A stretch of DNA of 62,852 nt, filler included, from Octopus bimaculoides (GCF_001194135.2; 6 parts of 6 records of this genome joined end to end with filler, not necessarily neighbours in it); one strand, 5' to 3'; numbered from the whole stretch's first letter, positions 35,082 through 49,382 are shown. Notes: generated by a model from the sequence alone, not told the origin. Program-made: numbers and translations.

Positions 35082-36859
35082 AGGAGATGAGAGAGAGAGA
35101 GATGAGGAGATGAGAGAGAGATGAGAAAGAAGTACTGGCCTATTTCATTTATCGATCTCGGAACGATGAAGGGCAAAGTTAAATTGGTAGGTTTTGAATG
35201 TAGACTGTAGAGAAGTGGAGCAAATTGCTCAAAACACTCGTTCTGATGTTGTTAATTCGCTGTTTTTTTTTACGATAACCGTGAGATAAGACTAAACTGG
35301 TGTGTGGAATTCCTTTAAGGTTCAATGAAACTAAACAAGGACTAAAACCTGAAGTCTGCGCTGTTTGTAGGTGTTATCTACTTGGAGTTATGCTATGTCC
35401 TCTTCCTTCACCCTCTTCGCATGTAGGCCATGTATAGAAGAAGTAATATTTCATAAATATTTAAAACACATCCACAATGAGTCAGTCTTCCTATAAGAAT
35501 GATCTCGAAGTTATTGATAGACTCCAGCCTTTTCTGACAGAGTGTCCCACGATCTTCATGATCATGATTGTATTAAACACGCACATAACGTGTTTCACTG
35601 GTTGTATACGCGCCATGAGCCCGTCATTGCTGTAGAAAAGGGTATGTTAAAGCAAATTTGTCTGCTTTCTCTAGATTTACTGATCATATAGATGATCACC
35701 CGTCAGCAGTAATTTAAAAATAGTCAATAATATCAAGTATCATAGCTTTTAGGAGACGAAAACCGCGACTGATTTCGTCTCCCAGATCAAACCGTTTCAC
35801 TTCACAAAGCCAGGAACATGGGATCTCTTTTACTTTATCGTTTCTGTTTCTATAAGAATTTAATTTCTTGGTGATATTGGAAACAATTTCGCGTGTTTTG
35901 TTTCGATATATCTACAACTTTTTTTTTATAATGCTCACTCGTATTTGTGTATGTCAGTTAAAAGAGCATTTGACTGATTATCGCTCGTTAATTAATATAT
36001 GTATAATTAATTGTCAATTGAAATATGATATTTGGCACTTTTATGGGGAAAAAAATCAAACATTTATAAGCGATAAATCAAAAACATTATTAATTAATAG
36101 CATTGTGTGATGAATGAAATGGAAAAGTCGAGGTAAACTGAAAAAGTCGAGCCAGTTATCCGGTTTCAGTTCTCGATTGACAATAATTCACATCTCTTCA
36201 TTTTCGATACGTAATTTTATTGGCGAAAACAGAAGAACGTTACACAATCTCATTTCTATAACTTATAAACCTATGGTCTTGAATCAAGGTAGGATGATAA
36301 CAAGCACTTCATATTATCTAGTTTATTGATAATAATAGCAACAGTAGTGTATCAGGTCATCCCATAAGTAAGGTCGTTTTTTGTAGTAGGCTTTGAAGAA
36401 AAAGAAAACAAAACAAAAAACAAGTAAGGTACTATATATTCCCCATCTGAATGAAAAACATTCTTCTGCCCTTTATTTTCAACCAAAGTATACCTCGGAC
36501 TAAATCATCCAGTGTGTATCCTTTCTTGTTTCTCTTTAATGATAATGAGGTCTAATATCTTAGCTGCTATTTCTTGCTGGTCGTAAATCCATGAAGATGC
36601 TTCATTCAGAGTTCAGTTTGTAGTAGTAGTAGTAGTAGTAGTAAACGTTGCTGTTGTTGGCACAGAAATTGTATCTGTGGTTTAAATTCAGATCAACCTT
36701 TATGCAGCAAGGCTCTCTTGTTTGGCTTCTGAGCAGGTCCTTAGCAATTAACTCTCTTTTCTATCGTGTTTCATTGTGTTTCTTTGAGTCCTTTGTAGCA
36801 AATTGTCGCCGTCATACGTCGAGTGCTTATTGAAACGCGTTGATGACATTACAACGCGA

Positions 36860-37190
36860 GCTTTCTCTTCGGATGAAGCCACAGCGTTACTTCGTTATTT
36901 CATTTCACATAGTGTTTTCCTGGCAGAGATACTGGGGTGGTTTGCCATTGCCTTCCCCAACTGGATGGTCGTTGGCCTACGAGGAGCTGATCCACCCGTC
37001 GAAAGGTTTTATCTTTACTCCTGCTGGGTATCCAAACGCTTTCCTCACAAGAGTAGCAAAATTCTCAAGTCGTGGAGACGGTTTAGTCAACGACCACCCG
37101 ACTACAAAGCAGATAGTACTAGCCTGCAAGGTACCAGTAGAAGATCTCATCAGCCTGTGATCCCTGACCCGACTAAATACTGCAAAATAA
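36860..37190. mobile_element. Possible RTE-type 5' region remnant
   Basis: 'ggcagagatactggggtggtttgccattgccttcccc' resembles a motif common in RTE/BovB-type elements; extent uncertain. Confidence 0.4.
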
Positions 37191-37399
37191 ATTAGAACGC
37201 ACGAACGGAACAAAGCACATTCGAAATACAGAAAATCATGATATTTCAAAATATTCATTCCTACAGATGTTCCAATAATTCTTATCTCACACGAGTATTA
37301 CGTAATTCATAAGAATTATCTTATCAGGAAGTCCTTTATTCAAACAGTAAAAATAAAAATAAATAAATAAATAAATTAATAAATAAAAATGAAAGATTA

Positions 37400-38180
37400 T
37401 AAGTTCAGGAGTTTGCTGTTGGAAGTTTGAACAGTATTTAATATGTCTAGCAGTAACGACAACTTATCAATTTTAATAGCAGGTCATTTTCGTATGTTAT
37501 TTTGTGGAAGAGGAATATTTTGAATTTTTCATTTGCCCAAAATCTAGCTACCTACGGTACAGGTCGTTTCTAAGACATAAATCTATAATTTACTGTTTAT
37601 GGTCATTTACACAATTGGTTAATTTCGTTCCTGTTTCTCCAATGTAATTCTCGTTGCATTGTAGACATGAGATGCAGCAGATGAAACTTTTGGTTTTGCA
37701 ATTCTTGTTTGCATTCGCTTTCAGTTTCTTTCCGTTCTTGAATCTTGGTTGTTCCTTATCAATCTCACCTTTGATAAGAGTCTTTTGAGATTTCGGGCTT
37801 CTCTTTGCCTGCTGATGATTTCAGATTTTTTAATTATTTGTTGGAGATTTTTGATGACTGACGTAGAATTGGGAAGTATCGTTTGGCTGAAGGTAGAATA
37901 TTTATATTCCCGGTTTTGCTTTCACCCTCAGCGTGAGTGATTCTCCTTAAAGCAGGGATTACTATTGCTTTGGTCATGGCATAATTTATTAATTTTTCGG
38001 TGTATTTCTGCTTTTGAAGGAACATATTAAGTTCTATGAGTCGCTTCTCTTGTGGATTTGTGTCTGTAATTATCGAGCTCATATGTCTTGCCATATTAAA
38101 TGGTAAGTTCTTTTTTGTATGCGGGGTGGGGGACAAACATACAAATATGAATATTCCATTTGTAGTTACATATAATGTAA
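37400..38180 (-). mobile_element. Penelope-like element remnant: RT thumb/linker + GIY-YIG endonuclease
   Basis: PHTKKNLPFNMAR..II..RLIEL..L.KQKY.EKLI..A..KA then NCKTKSFICCISCLQCNENYIGETGTKLTNCVNDHKQ (YIGETG at ~37629-37646); abuts (TA)n. Confidence 0.85.
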
Positions 38181-38189
38181 ACGTATGTG

Positions 38190-38225
<36 letters not shown>

Positions 38226-38817
38226 CCTGTTGTATGTCATAGTTTGTGGCAATATGGCGAGATATATTTTACCGGACTTATTATTGGTGATGTCTATCTG
38301 ATTAACAATCTCTTCCATGATCAGCCTTTAGATACGGACGAATTCTCTGGCAAACGGCCATCACCATTTTTTCATGGACATGGAGCCATTATGTCTACCA
38401 GTTCTGAACAGCGTTTGAGATGTTTCTATTGTGAATTATATTGCTCTGCTGCTTATGCTTATGGCATAGAGCTCCTTCCACGCACAAATGCTAGTGGGTT
38501 AATGTCCAAGATAGACAGGCGCAAGGGGAGAACGACACTTTGAAAGAAACAATTTTGATAGGTCAGTAACAAAACGCACAAATGAAGTTTGTTTTTCATA
38601 ATGAAACGTGAAAGTTACTTACGAGAACACTTACAGAAAAAATACAAAAAGTATTCCTGCAAACAGATGCTGCCACACTGGCATTTCTATAACGATTGTT
38701 CCTGTACGCTAGCGCTTCGGCAAAAAGAGAACGATAGAATAGGTACACGATTTCAGAAATAAATACTCCGGTTGTTTCATTCGACTAAGAAATTCTTCAT
38801 ATATATACTTATACTAA

Positions 38818-38892
<75 letters not shown>

Positions 38893-41267
38893 TAGATAGA
38901 TAGATAGATAAAGCTTACTTGGAAGAGGATGCATGNNNNNNNNNNNNNNNNNNNNNNNNNNNNNNNNNNNNNNNNNNNNNNNNNNNNNNNNNNNNNNNNN
39001 NNNNNNNNNNNNNNNNNNNNNNNNNNNNNNNNNNNNNNNNNNNNNNNNNNNNNNNNNNNNNNNNNNNNNNNNNNNNNNNNNNNNNNNNNNNNNNNNNNNN
39101 NNNNNNNNNNNNNNNNNNNNNNNNNNNNNNNNNNNNNNNNNNNNNNNNNNNNNNNNNNNNNNNNNNNNNNNNNNNNNNNNNNNNNNNNNNNNNNNNNNNN
39201 NTGTATGTATGTATGTATGTATGTATATATATATACGTACGGACATACATATGTATTTTATATAATTATACGCATGTGCTCACGCGCGCATGTGTACTGG
39301 AGTGAGCATGTATATGTATATGTGCGTTTGTGTGCGTATATGCATTCCAGTACATATAGGAATTCGTGTGTGCATACATATACATATATACACACACAAA
39401 CACACACACAGAGACACACACACACACATATATATATACATACATACATACTTACATACATACACACACACATATATATATATATATAAAGATGTAATAT
39501 ATTACCGTTATTAATGATATTAATAAGGTGATAATAAGGTGGCTAGTAAGTTCACACCTTTACAGGTACAATATAAGCTAAATTTAGATTCAGTATACAG
39601 GTACATACATATGATTGAATTCATGAATATGTGTGCGTATATGCGTAAAGTGAGATTGGAAGAAACGCATACACACATGCATATAGACATTGATATATTT
39701 TACTGCGATTTTAATAACGCCTTTCATTCTTTCATTTAATCATACATGCTTTCACACACATTTGTATGTATGTATGTATGTATGTATGTATGTATGTATG
39801 TATGTATATATATATATATATATATATAGATGTTTGTGTAGTAAGAGGTATTATGTACCCTACTGAATGTGTATATATATATATATATATACATATNNNN
39901 NNNNNNNNNNNNNNNNNNNNNNNNNNNNNNNNNNNNNNNNNNNNNNNNNNNNNNNNNNNNNNNNNNNNNNNNNNNNNNNNNNNNNNNNNNNNNNNNNNNN
40001 NNNNNNNNNNNNNNNNNNNNNNNNNNNNNNNNNNNNNNNNNNNNNNNNNNNNNNNNNNNNNNNNNNNNNNNNNNNNNNNNNNNNNNNNNNNNNNNNNNNN
40101 NNNNNNNNNNNNNNNNNNNNNNNNNNNNNNNNNNNNNNNNNNNNNNNNNNNNNNNNNNNNNNNNNNNNNNNNNNNNNNNNNNNNNNNNNNNNNNNNNNNN
40201 NNNNNNNNNNNNNNNNNNNNNNNNNNNNNNNNNNNNNNNNNNNNNNNNNNNNNNNNNNNNNNNNNNNNNNNNNNNNNNNNNNNNNNNNNNNNNNNNNNNN
40301 NNNNNNNNNNNNNNNNNNNNNNNNNNNNNNNNNNNNNNNNNNNNNNNNNNNNNNNNNNNNNNNNNNNNNNNNNNNNNNNNNNNNNNNNNNNNNNNNNNNN
40401 NNNNNNNNNNNNNNNNNNNNNNNNNNNNNNNNNNNNNNNNNNNNNNNNNNNNNNNNNNNNNNNNNNNNNNNNNNNNNNNNNNNNNNNNNNNNNNNNNNNN
40501 NNNNNNNNNNNNNNNNNNNNNNNNNNNNNNNNNNNNNNNNNNNNNNNNNNNNNNNNNNNNNNNNNNNNNNNNNNNNNNNNNNNNNNNNNNNNNNNNNNNN
40601 NNNNNNNNNNNNNNNNNNNNNNNNNNNNNNNNNNNNNNNNNNNNNNNNNNNNNNNNNNNNNNNNNNNNNNNNNNNNNNNNNNNNNNNNNNNNNNNNNNNN
40701 NNNNNNNNNNNNNNNNNNNNNNNNNNNNNNNNNNNNNNNNNNNNNNNNNNNNNNNNNNATGTATATTGTAATTAACCGCAGCAGTAAATAATACGCAATA
40801 AGGGTTCTTATAAATAAGTAATCCCCGTCACCCTCTATAATGTTTGTATAGTGTGACTTATCGGAGTCGTTAAATATACACACGGACATCTTGTAAATAA
40901 CTCAACGTCTGTATAATGTGCTTATGGTGTGACCTGGGCTGCCGTAAAAATATCCACAACGCTATTATTTATTTATTTCATATATACACTCACCCACACA
41001 CACGTACAGGTGGAATATATCGACTCTAACATCAAATACTTTTTGTTGTGATATACATATATATAGGTGTGTGTGTGTGTGTGTGTGTGTATTATCGTCG
41101 TAGCGTGGCTTCAGAGGAGAGGAAGAGAGAAAGAGGAATGCTGCGAGTTGCCCAGTAAGTGATGTGTAATTACTACATAGTAAAACGGGAGCCAGCAATA
41201 CTTCATGTCGTAAACCGAGCTAACAAAATCGCTTCCGGTTTCTGGATTTGGCGTCGCTATGGAGGTG

Positions 41268-41304
<37 letters not shown>

Positions 41305-43875
41305 GAGAGAAAGAAAGAGAACGAGAGAAAGAGAGAGAAAGAGAAACAGAAAGAGAAGGTGGGGGTGATGGAGGGAGAGAAAGAAAGACTGAGATGGAAA
41401 AAGGAAAGAGAAAGAAGACGTTTTGTGATTGTTTCTTCTTGATTGCTTTTACAGCTTTGAATATTTTACATTCGCTTTGTTGTTGGCGTTATTGTTGTTA
41501 CCGAGTGGTGGTGGTGGTGGTGGTGGTGGTGGTGATGGTTGTAATGGTGCTTTAGCCCCAGATCATCCTTGAGTCAGGAGTTCAATGACAGTCGCGCCAT
41601 CCGTGACCATCTTATCTTTATATAAAATTAGATTTTAAAATGCTTCTTTATTTTTCTTTTGAGCAGTATGCCATTATCTAAACAATGTTTACCCAACAAA
41701 ACATATCTAAGCTGTTTTTGATTTTGCTTTACAAGAACTCGAGAGTGGAAACAAACCTTGTTGTGTCTTGGTAGGGTTTTTACGCCAGTAATAGGGAGGG
41801 CCATTATGTCAGTGCGTGTGTTATTATTATTATTATTGGCATAATGACCCTCCCAAAACTAAGCTGACTGTACAGCAAAGAGACGACAACGTGTTCCAAC
41901 TGCCACACATATTACTAACTTCACGCTCAAATCTACTGTACGGACACCGACAGGTTATTCATGATCAGACTGTACTGGGAAAGCAATACACCGCATCCAA
42001 ACCGCTGGTTGAACTGGTCTGTGGCCGAAGGTTTTCCAATTATGACCATACTGATCTGAGAGAAAAATGGTTTCTATTTCTTGCAGGTTGAATGACCACT
42101 TGGAGACTCTCATTGGCACATTTTTGCTGTTGCTTTCGTTTGTATGATTAGTGGTGGTGGTGGTGGGGTGACAAGGATGCTGATGTCGAGGGTGGTGGTG
42201 GTGTGTCTTATATTCCTGTTTAATAATCATTATTATATCAACGACCACCAACGACGAGCACCACATTGATTATGCTATCCATGATGATGATGGTTCGAAA
42301 TTAATGCTTAATATATTGTAGCAATTACAGAAACAACAGATGCAGAGGATGCCAAAAACCTGCCGCTGGCTAAAACCAAGTTCAGTAAATGTTTAATAAT
42401 TAGCTTGTGGAAGAAAGAGAAATGGAAGCGGAGTAAAAGAGAAGGAAAGAGGAAGTAAAAGGGTGAAAGAGTAAAAGTGTGAGAAAGAGGAGATAGAAGA
42501 ATATGAATAGCAACAAGGAGAAGGAAGAGGAGGAGAACATGTAGATCAGCTCCAATATATTCTGGTGAGACAGTGCCATGTTTTATTTGTGTAATTTTCA
42601 ACATCTCTTTGATAAATGATCGTCTTCAGCCGGCCGTGTGCAGTACAAACGACATATTCAGTAAACTGGAGTCGCGATCATGTTTCGATTCTTGGTTGTT
42701 GATTCAGTAAATTATTCATTCATCGCTAAGATCCTTAAAGAGATCGGGCGTGAATATTGCAGCTTCTTGTTTATCAGATATCATCTGTAAATATTCTGAC
42801 ATTGTGTGAAGTACCTTTATGAAGAATCATATCTGCAGGCCGTGGTGAGATCTATGGATCAGTTGGCTCCAGTCGACGCCTATCATTATTAATTTTGGGA
42901 AACTGCATATCGGTTGTGAGGAATACAGCAAAAGACGAGGAAGATTCATTGCAAATGACTTCACCTTGTCTGCTACAGTCCATATTTGAGAAATTTCCGC
43001 CTCACTTATCTCGCAAAGTCTTTTCTCCTCTACACGCAAATTTGAGGTTTTCTATAAATGTGAAGGAACTTTTGATTTGTCAGTTTGTATAAAAGATCGC
43101 TTTTTCTTTTTATCTGCTTGGGAAAAACACAGAAGTCTGAACTTTAATAGTGTTCTTTTCTGATCAGAATATATCATTGATTTCGTTACTTGGTTGTAGC
43201 TAATTCACTTACAACTCATTCTGGTGATGCCCTGGAAAAACAATAAACGTCACATCTTTGCGTTATCCCTTTCTGCGAAAATGGTGCTTTAATGCTTAAA
43301 ACCAAACTCATCAATTTTAAAACAGGTGGACTTGAATTCCTAATAAAAACTGTTCATTTCCTCTACCCTTCAATATATTTGTGTGCGTGTGAGCATGCGC
43401 GCGTGTTTCGTGTATCCTATCATATATGCGTAACATAACACAAATTAAAACACCGAAACAAAGAACAGAAATACTTATAAAGCCTTTAGCTGTGAAAGGA
43501 TTTTTTCTCTAAGAATAAAAACACTTTTGAGATGTATCATGGACGTAGAGAAAATAAGTGACAGGGAAACTCTTGGCAAATCCGTTTCTCTGTAAATTAG
43601 CCGTTCATCAGAAGAGACAAACCGCGACCTTTTCCTTGCCGAAACTATAATGGATTGAGAAACCATATGCCACAGCTGTTTGGGTTGGTCATCTCTTGAA
43701 CGATCAACAAACTGCCAAAGATATTCGCCAAATGTTTATTCCACTCTGTTTCTCCAATATGTTTCCGCTCTTTAAGAAATTATTTTAAAAATACTCGAGC
43801 GAGCGCACTCCTATACGCACACACCCCTCTCTCATACACGCACACACACGCACGCACACAACCCAACATACATAA

Positions 43876-44095
43876 ATATAAGGTTTCAAATTTTGGCACA
43901 AAGCCAGCAATTTCATAAGGGAGGGAGTAAGTCGATTACATCGACCCCAGGGTTAAACTGGTACTCATCTTATTGACCCCGAAAGGATGAAAAGCAAAGT
44001 TGACCTTAGCAGAATTTGAACCCAGAATTTAAAGAACTGGACGAAACACTTCTAAGCATTTTATCGAACTCGCTAACGATTATAGCAGAACGCCG
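43876..44095 (-). mobile_element. SINE family D
   Basis: 'gtcgattacatcgaccccagg..gaccccgaaaggatgaaa..gaatttgaac'. Confidence 0.8.
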
Positions 44096-44513
44096 TGTAT
44101 ATATGTATACATATATATATACACACATACATATATACATATATATACACACACACATATCTATATATATATATGTATATATATGTATGTATGTATATAT
44201 ATATATATATGTATGTACGTATATATATATATATANNNNNNNNNNNNNNNNNNNNNNNNNNNNNNNNNNNNNNNNNNNNNNNNNNNNNNNNNNNNNNNNN
44301 NNNNNNNNNNNNNNNNNNNNNNNNNNNNNNNNNNNNNNNNNNNNNNNNNNNNNNNNNNNNNNNNNNNNNNNNNNNNNNNNNNNNNNNNNNNNNNNNNNNN
44401 NNNNNNNNNNNNNNNNNNNNNNNNNNNNNNNNNNNNNNNNNNNNNNNNNNNNNNNNNNNNNNNNNNTATATATATATATATATATATATATATGCATATG
44501 TATGTATATACAT

Positions 44514-44885
44514 AGGTGCATGCGTCGCTGTGTGGTAGGAATCTTGCTTCCGAACCACATGGTTCTGTCCCACTGCGTGACACCTAGGGCAATTGTTTTC
44601 TACTGTAGCCTCGGGTCAACTAAAACCTTGTGGGTGGATTTGGTAGACGGAAATTGAAAGAAGCCCGTCGTGTATATATGTATATGTATATATATATATT
44701 TATGTGTGTCCCCCCACCATCGCTTGACAGCCGATGTTGGTGTGTTTATGTCCTCGAAACCTAGCGGTTCGGCAAAAGTACTAGGCTTACAAAGAATAAG
44801 TCCTGTGGTCGATTTATTCCATTAAAGGTGGTGCTCCAGCATAGCCGCAGTCAAATGAGTGAAACTTGTAAAAAAAAAAGAATAG
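44514..44885 (+). mobile_element. SINE family A, full length, CpG-retaining
   Basis: Head, middle (TA) tract and tail as in other copies. Confidence 0.88.
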
Positions 44886-45429
44886 AAAAAAAAACAGAAT
44901 GCATTTTGTTTACGGCGAGCTGTGAATATCGCAAGCATTCATTGAACGATGAGACTAATATCATAAGAAGAATTTGTCTCTCGTGACGACAGTTCGTAGC
45001 ATCTGCCTTTCCTCTGTCTGCTGCTGAAGAGGATATAACCACTCCGAAATGCATGTATTCAGTAGTCTGGTTAGGGAGCTCAGCGAACTGACACGGTGAG
45101 TTTACATCTCTTTGTCTACAACGAAAAATTTTCTCTACAGTAAACAACAGGGAATGGCTTTCTTACGTGTTCGCGTATGCCTCAAGCATATTTGAACTGG
45201 TAACAAGTTTGTATATAATATAGTACGTGTGTGTGTATGTGTGTGTGTGTATTGGCCAATACATTCACTAAATCTTCTAATGCTTATATTATCGAAGGCA
45301 TTCCAAGCCCTTTCTTTATATTACACCAAATAAACTTTATTACTAACATCTCCATGACTATTACTACGACCACCACCACCACTGCTCCCACCATCTCCAT
45401 TACCGTCATCACCACTATAGGCCACCCCT

Positions 45430-45640
45430 CACCACCACATCACTAAACCAGGCGCTTCAACGTGATCGTTCGGACTGCTAGAAATAACAACCAGATTCCG
45501 CACAAATCACACCTTGCCATTTAGAAATAACACTTTAGATAATGTAGTGTTGGATTTCCTGTAAGTAGGAAAATGTACAGGATGGCTCAGGGTGGAACGT
45601 ATTTGATTGGAGTTGACCTTAGGTTAAACAATAACAACAT
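45430..45640. repeat. Interspersed repeat family F (opposite orientation)
   Basis: 'ctgctagaaataacaaccagatt..aaatcacacc..caggatggctcagggtggaacg..ttgaccttaggttaaacaat'. Confidence 0.6.
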
Positions 45641-47199
45641 CGCATCACCCTGCCATTTAGTTACTACATGAACGCCACCACATCACAGCACCGCACAACA
45701 TCCCCGCTTCACTAAACCATAGAACCCGACCTCATCCACACCAGCGTTTCACTAGACCCCCTACCCCCTACCCCATTACACCACACAGCACTACCACCTC
45801 AACACTACACAGCGCAATACCACCCCGCGGACATATGACTATGTACTTCTTCGATATAAGAGTTCAACGTTAATGTACATGTATTAACATTGGCACCAAC
45901 GCCACTACCGTCTTTCCACCGCCACCGCCACCGCCACCACCACCACCACTACCACCACTACCGCCACCACCATCATCTGCACTGCCGTCGCCATTTTTTA
46001 CGCATCGACTGCTGCCCACTTCTCATTACTTACTGCCTCCACCCTTTCGTTGTCTTTCATAACCATCAAGATCACCATGCCCACNNNNNNNNNNNNNNNN
46101 NNNNNNNNNNNNNNNNNNNNNNNNNNNNNNNNNNNNNNNNNNNNNNNNNNNNNNNNNNNNNNNNNNNNNNNNNNNNNNNNNNNNNNNNNNNNNNNNNNNN
46201 NNNNNNNNNNNNNNNNNNNNNNNNNNNNNNNNNNNNNNNNNNNNNNNNNNNNNNNNNNNNNNNNNNNNNNNNNNNNNNNNNNNNNNNNNNNNNNNNNNNN
46301 NNNNNNNNNNNNNNNNNNNNNNNNNNNNNNNNNNNNNNNNNNNNNNNNNNNNNNNNNNNNNNNNNNNNNNNNNNNNNNNNNNNNNNNNNNNNNNNNNNNN
46401 NNNNNNNNNNNNNNNNNNNNNNNNNNNNNNNNNNNNNNNNNNNNNNNNNNNNNNNNNNNNNNNNNNNNNNNNNNNNNNNNNNNNNNNNNNNNNNNNNNNN
46501 NNNNNNNNNNNNNNNNNNNNNNNNNNNNNNNNNNNNNNNNNNNNNNNNNNNNNNNNNNNNNNNNNNNNNNNNNNNNNNNNNNNNNNNNNNNNNNNNNNNN
46601 NNNNNNNNNNNNNNNNNNNNNNNNNNNNNNAATGAAAAAGAATGAAGTAGAATGGAGTTAGATATAGCGGGACCTGATCATTCCCAAGAGGGTTCGGCAG
46701 ACCTGCGTTTTATGGTACTTAGCGCGTGGTTTAGTAGTTGCTATCAAAGGCGGAAGGAAAGCAATAAATAGTGATGGAGTTTCGGAGCCGACAACGGCAT
46801 CGGGCATTTTCTCTTTCTTTCTTTTTTTTTTCTCTTTCTCTTTCTTTTTTCTTTTTTTCTCCCCCTTTTCTTTTTATAGGAAGGCGATTGGTTTGAGACA
46901 CGGTGACTGGTGTTATTGGCTTGGTAATTAAATTAACCGAATCGATAGAGGGTGATATAATTAGTGAACGATGGTGGTGAGTTGCAATGCTCTGATGTAG
47001 TTCGTGCTATGATGTTGTGACGCTGTGATATTGTGCTGGCGCTTGGAATAGTAGTAGTAGTAGTAGTAGCAGTCGTAGGGGCTGCTGTGATGCGTGTTGA
47101 TGATGATGGTGGCGGTGTTGCTCACAGAAGTGGTGCCGTTGACGCTGATGCTAGTAGGGGGTGTTTGTGATTGTGTGGGTGGTAGTAGAGCTATTGTTG

Positions 47200-47231
<32 letters not shown>

Positions 47232-48766
47232 GGTGGCGGCGATATTAGTGGTCTTGCTGTTCATGTCGGNNNNNNNNNNNNNNNNNNNNNNNNNNNNNNN
47301 NNNNNNNNNNNNNNNNNNNNNNNNNNNNNNNNNNNNNNNNNNNNNNNNNNNNNNNNNNNNNNNNNNNNNNNNNNNNNNNNNNNNNNNNNNNNNNNNNNNN
47401 NNNNNNNNNNNNNNNNNNNNNNNNNNNNNNNNNNNNNNNNNNNNNNNNNNNNNNNNNNNNNNNNNNNNNNNNNNNNNNNNNNNNNNNNNNNNNNNNNNNN
47501 NNNNNNNNNNNNNNNNNNNNNNNNNNNNNNNNNNNNNNNNNNNNNNNNNNNNNNNNNNNNNNNNNNNNNNNNNNNNNNNNNNNNNNNNNNNNNNNNNNNN
47601 NNNNNNNNNNNNNNNNNNNNNNNNNNNNNNNNNNNNNNNNNNNNNNNNNNNNNNNNNNNNNNNNNNNNNNNNNNNNNNNNNNNNNNNNNNNNNNNNNNNN
47701 NNNNNNNNNNNNNNNNNNNNNNNNNNNNNNNNNNNNNNNNNNNNNNNNNNNNNNNNNNNNNNNNNNNNNNNNNNNNNNNNNNNNNNNNNNNNNNNNNNNN
47801 NNNNNNNNNNNNNNNNNNNNNNNNNNNNNNNNNNNNNNNNNNNNNNNNNNNNNNNNNNNNNNNNNNNNNNNNNNNNNNNNNNNNNNNNNNNNNNNNNNNN
47901 NNNNNNNNNNNNNNNNNNNNNNNNNNNNNNNNNNNNNNNNNNNNNNNNNNNNNNNNNNNNNNNNNNNNNNNNNNNNNNNNNNNNNNNNNNNNNNNNNNNN
48001 NNNNNNNNNNNNNNNNNNNNNNNNNNNNNNNNNNNNNNNNNNNNNNNNNNNNNNNNNNNNNNNNNNNNNNNNNNNNNNNNNNNNNNNNNNNNNNNNNNNN
48101 NNNNNNNNNNNNNNNNNNNNNNNNNNNNNNNNNNNNNNNNNNNNNNNNNNNNNNNNNNNNNNNNNNNNNNNNNNNNNNNNNNNNNNNNNNNNNNNNNNNN
48201 GGTAGTAGTGGTGGGGGTAGTAGTGGTGGGGGTAGTAGTGGTGGGGATAGCAGTGGTGAGGGTAGTGGTGCAAGATAATTCTATGGGTTACAGAGCGATG
48301 GGGTGTTGTCACAGTGTCATAGTAGGTGGTGGTGGTGGTGGCAGCTACTATTCTTCTGCCACCGTGCTTCCATACATTTTGCAATTCTAATTATTGTTGT
48401 TGTTGCCGAGGTGGAGATTATCGCTGTTGTTGTTGTTGTGCAGTTTGTCATCACATTTGTTGTTATTGTTGCTGTTGCATGTTTGCTGTTGTTATTGCTG
48501 TTGTTGTTGTATATATATATATATATATATATATACATACATGCATGCATGCACACATATACGTGTGTGCATGTGGTGAGAGAATCCGTCGATTTTTAGT
48601 TTTATGTATGTATGTATGTATGTATATAGCTGAAGAATTAAAATTAATCAAAGGACATACTAAGAATGTCTACCTGCTGGAAATAACAGTCAAAACTCTT
48701 ATTTAAATCGCCAAATACACAGTTAACTACAGCAATCGACCGTCCGAAGGCATATATATATATATA

Positions 48767-48866
48767 NNNNNNNNNNNNNNNNNNNNNNNNNNNNNNNNNN
48801 NNNNNNNNNNTTAATTAATTAANNNNNNNNNNNNNNNNNNNNNNNNNNNNNNNNNNNNNNNNNNNN
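48767..48866. other. Assembly join linker
   Basis: 44 N + TTAATTAATTAA (48811-48822) + 44 N. Confidence 0.95.
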
Positions 48867-48899
48867 ATATATAATACAAAAAATATATATGCATGTATA

Positions 48900-49210
48900 C
48901 ACACATATATGTATATACTTTCATCTACATGTGTATATAGATGCATATCAGGGTACAGGACGTTAGAACAATGAACTACAGACAACGGAACGAACAGATA
49001 GGAAAACAGAAAGCCACTTGGAATTATTCATCAGCTGCCTCTATTCTAACTCGACGTTTCGAAGATAAGGCAGGACGTACTCTAGAATAGTCTCTTCCTG
49101 AGTAGTGGATCAACCAACTAAACAGAGGATTCCAAGGTGGCAAACGTAAACCAAGACAGGAAAAATTGGACAGTGAAAACAACATAAAAAAGCCGTACGG
49201 CCAAACATAT
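48900..49210 (-). mobile_element. PLE-like terminal repeat, family P-related subfamily
   Basis: Reverse strand shares 'tggccgta', 'ttttcctgtcttg', 'cttcgaaacg..gcagctgatgaa', 'gtcctgtaccc.gatatgca' with 49590-49945. Confidence 0.7.
49024..49090 (-). ncRNA. Candidate non-circularly permuted hammerhead ribozyme, copy 2
   Basis: Minus: CTATTCTA gagt ACGT C CTGCCT tatcttc GAA ACGT cgagt TAGAATAG AGGCAG CTGATGA ataa. Stem III ACGT/ACGT, stem I AGGCAG/CTGCCT, GUC triplet; stem II poor. Confidence 0.6.
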
Positions 49211-49213
49211 ATT

Positions 49214-49382
49214 TATACGACGGGCTTCTTTCAGTTTCCCTCTACCAAATCGACTCACAAGGCTTTGGCCGATTCAAAGCTATAGTAGAAGTCACTTGCC
49301 CAAGGTGCTACGCAGTGGTACTGAACCCGGAACCATGTGGTTGGTAAGCAGGCTACTTACCACAAAGCCACTCCTGCGCCTA
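49214..49382 (-). mobile_element. SINE family A 5' half
   Basis: Reverse complement of family A head. Confidence 0.85.

Noticed and set aside
42600-43700. CpG-rich unique-looking stretch with short ORFs
   Set aside because: No recognisable protein motif, splice pattern or repeat structure.
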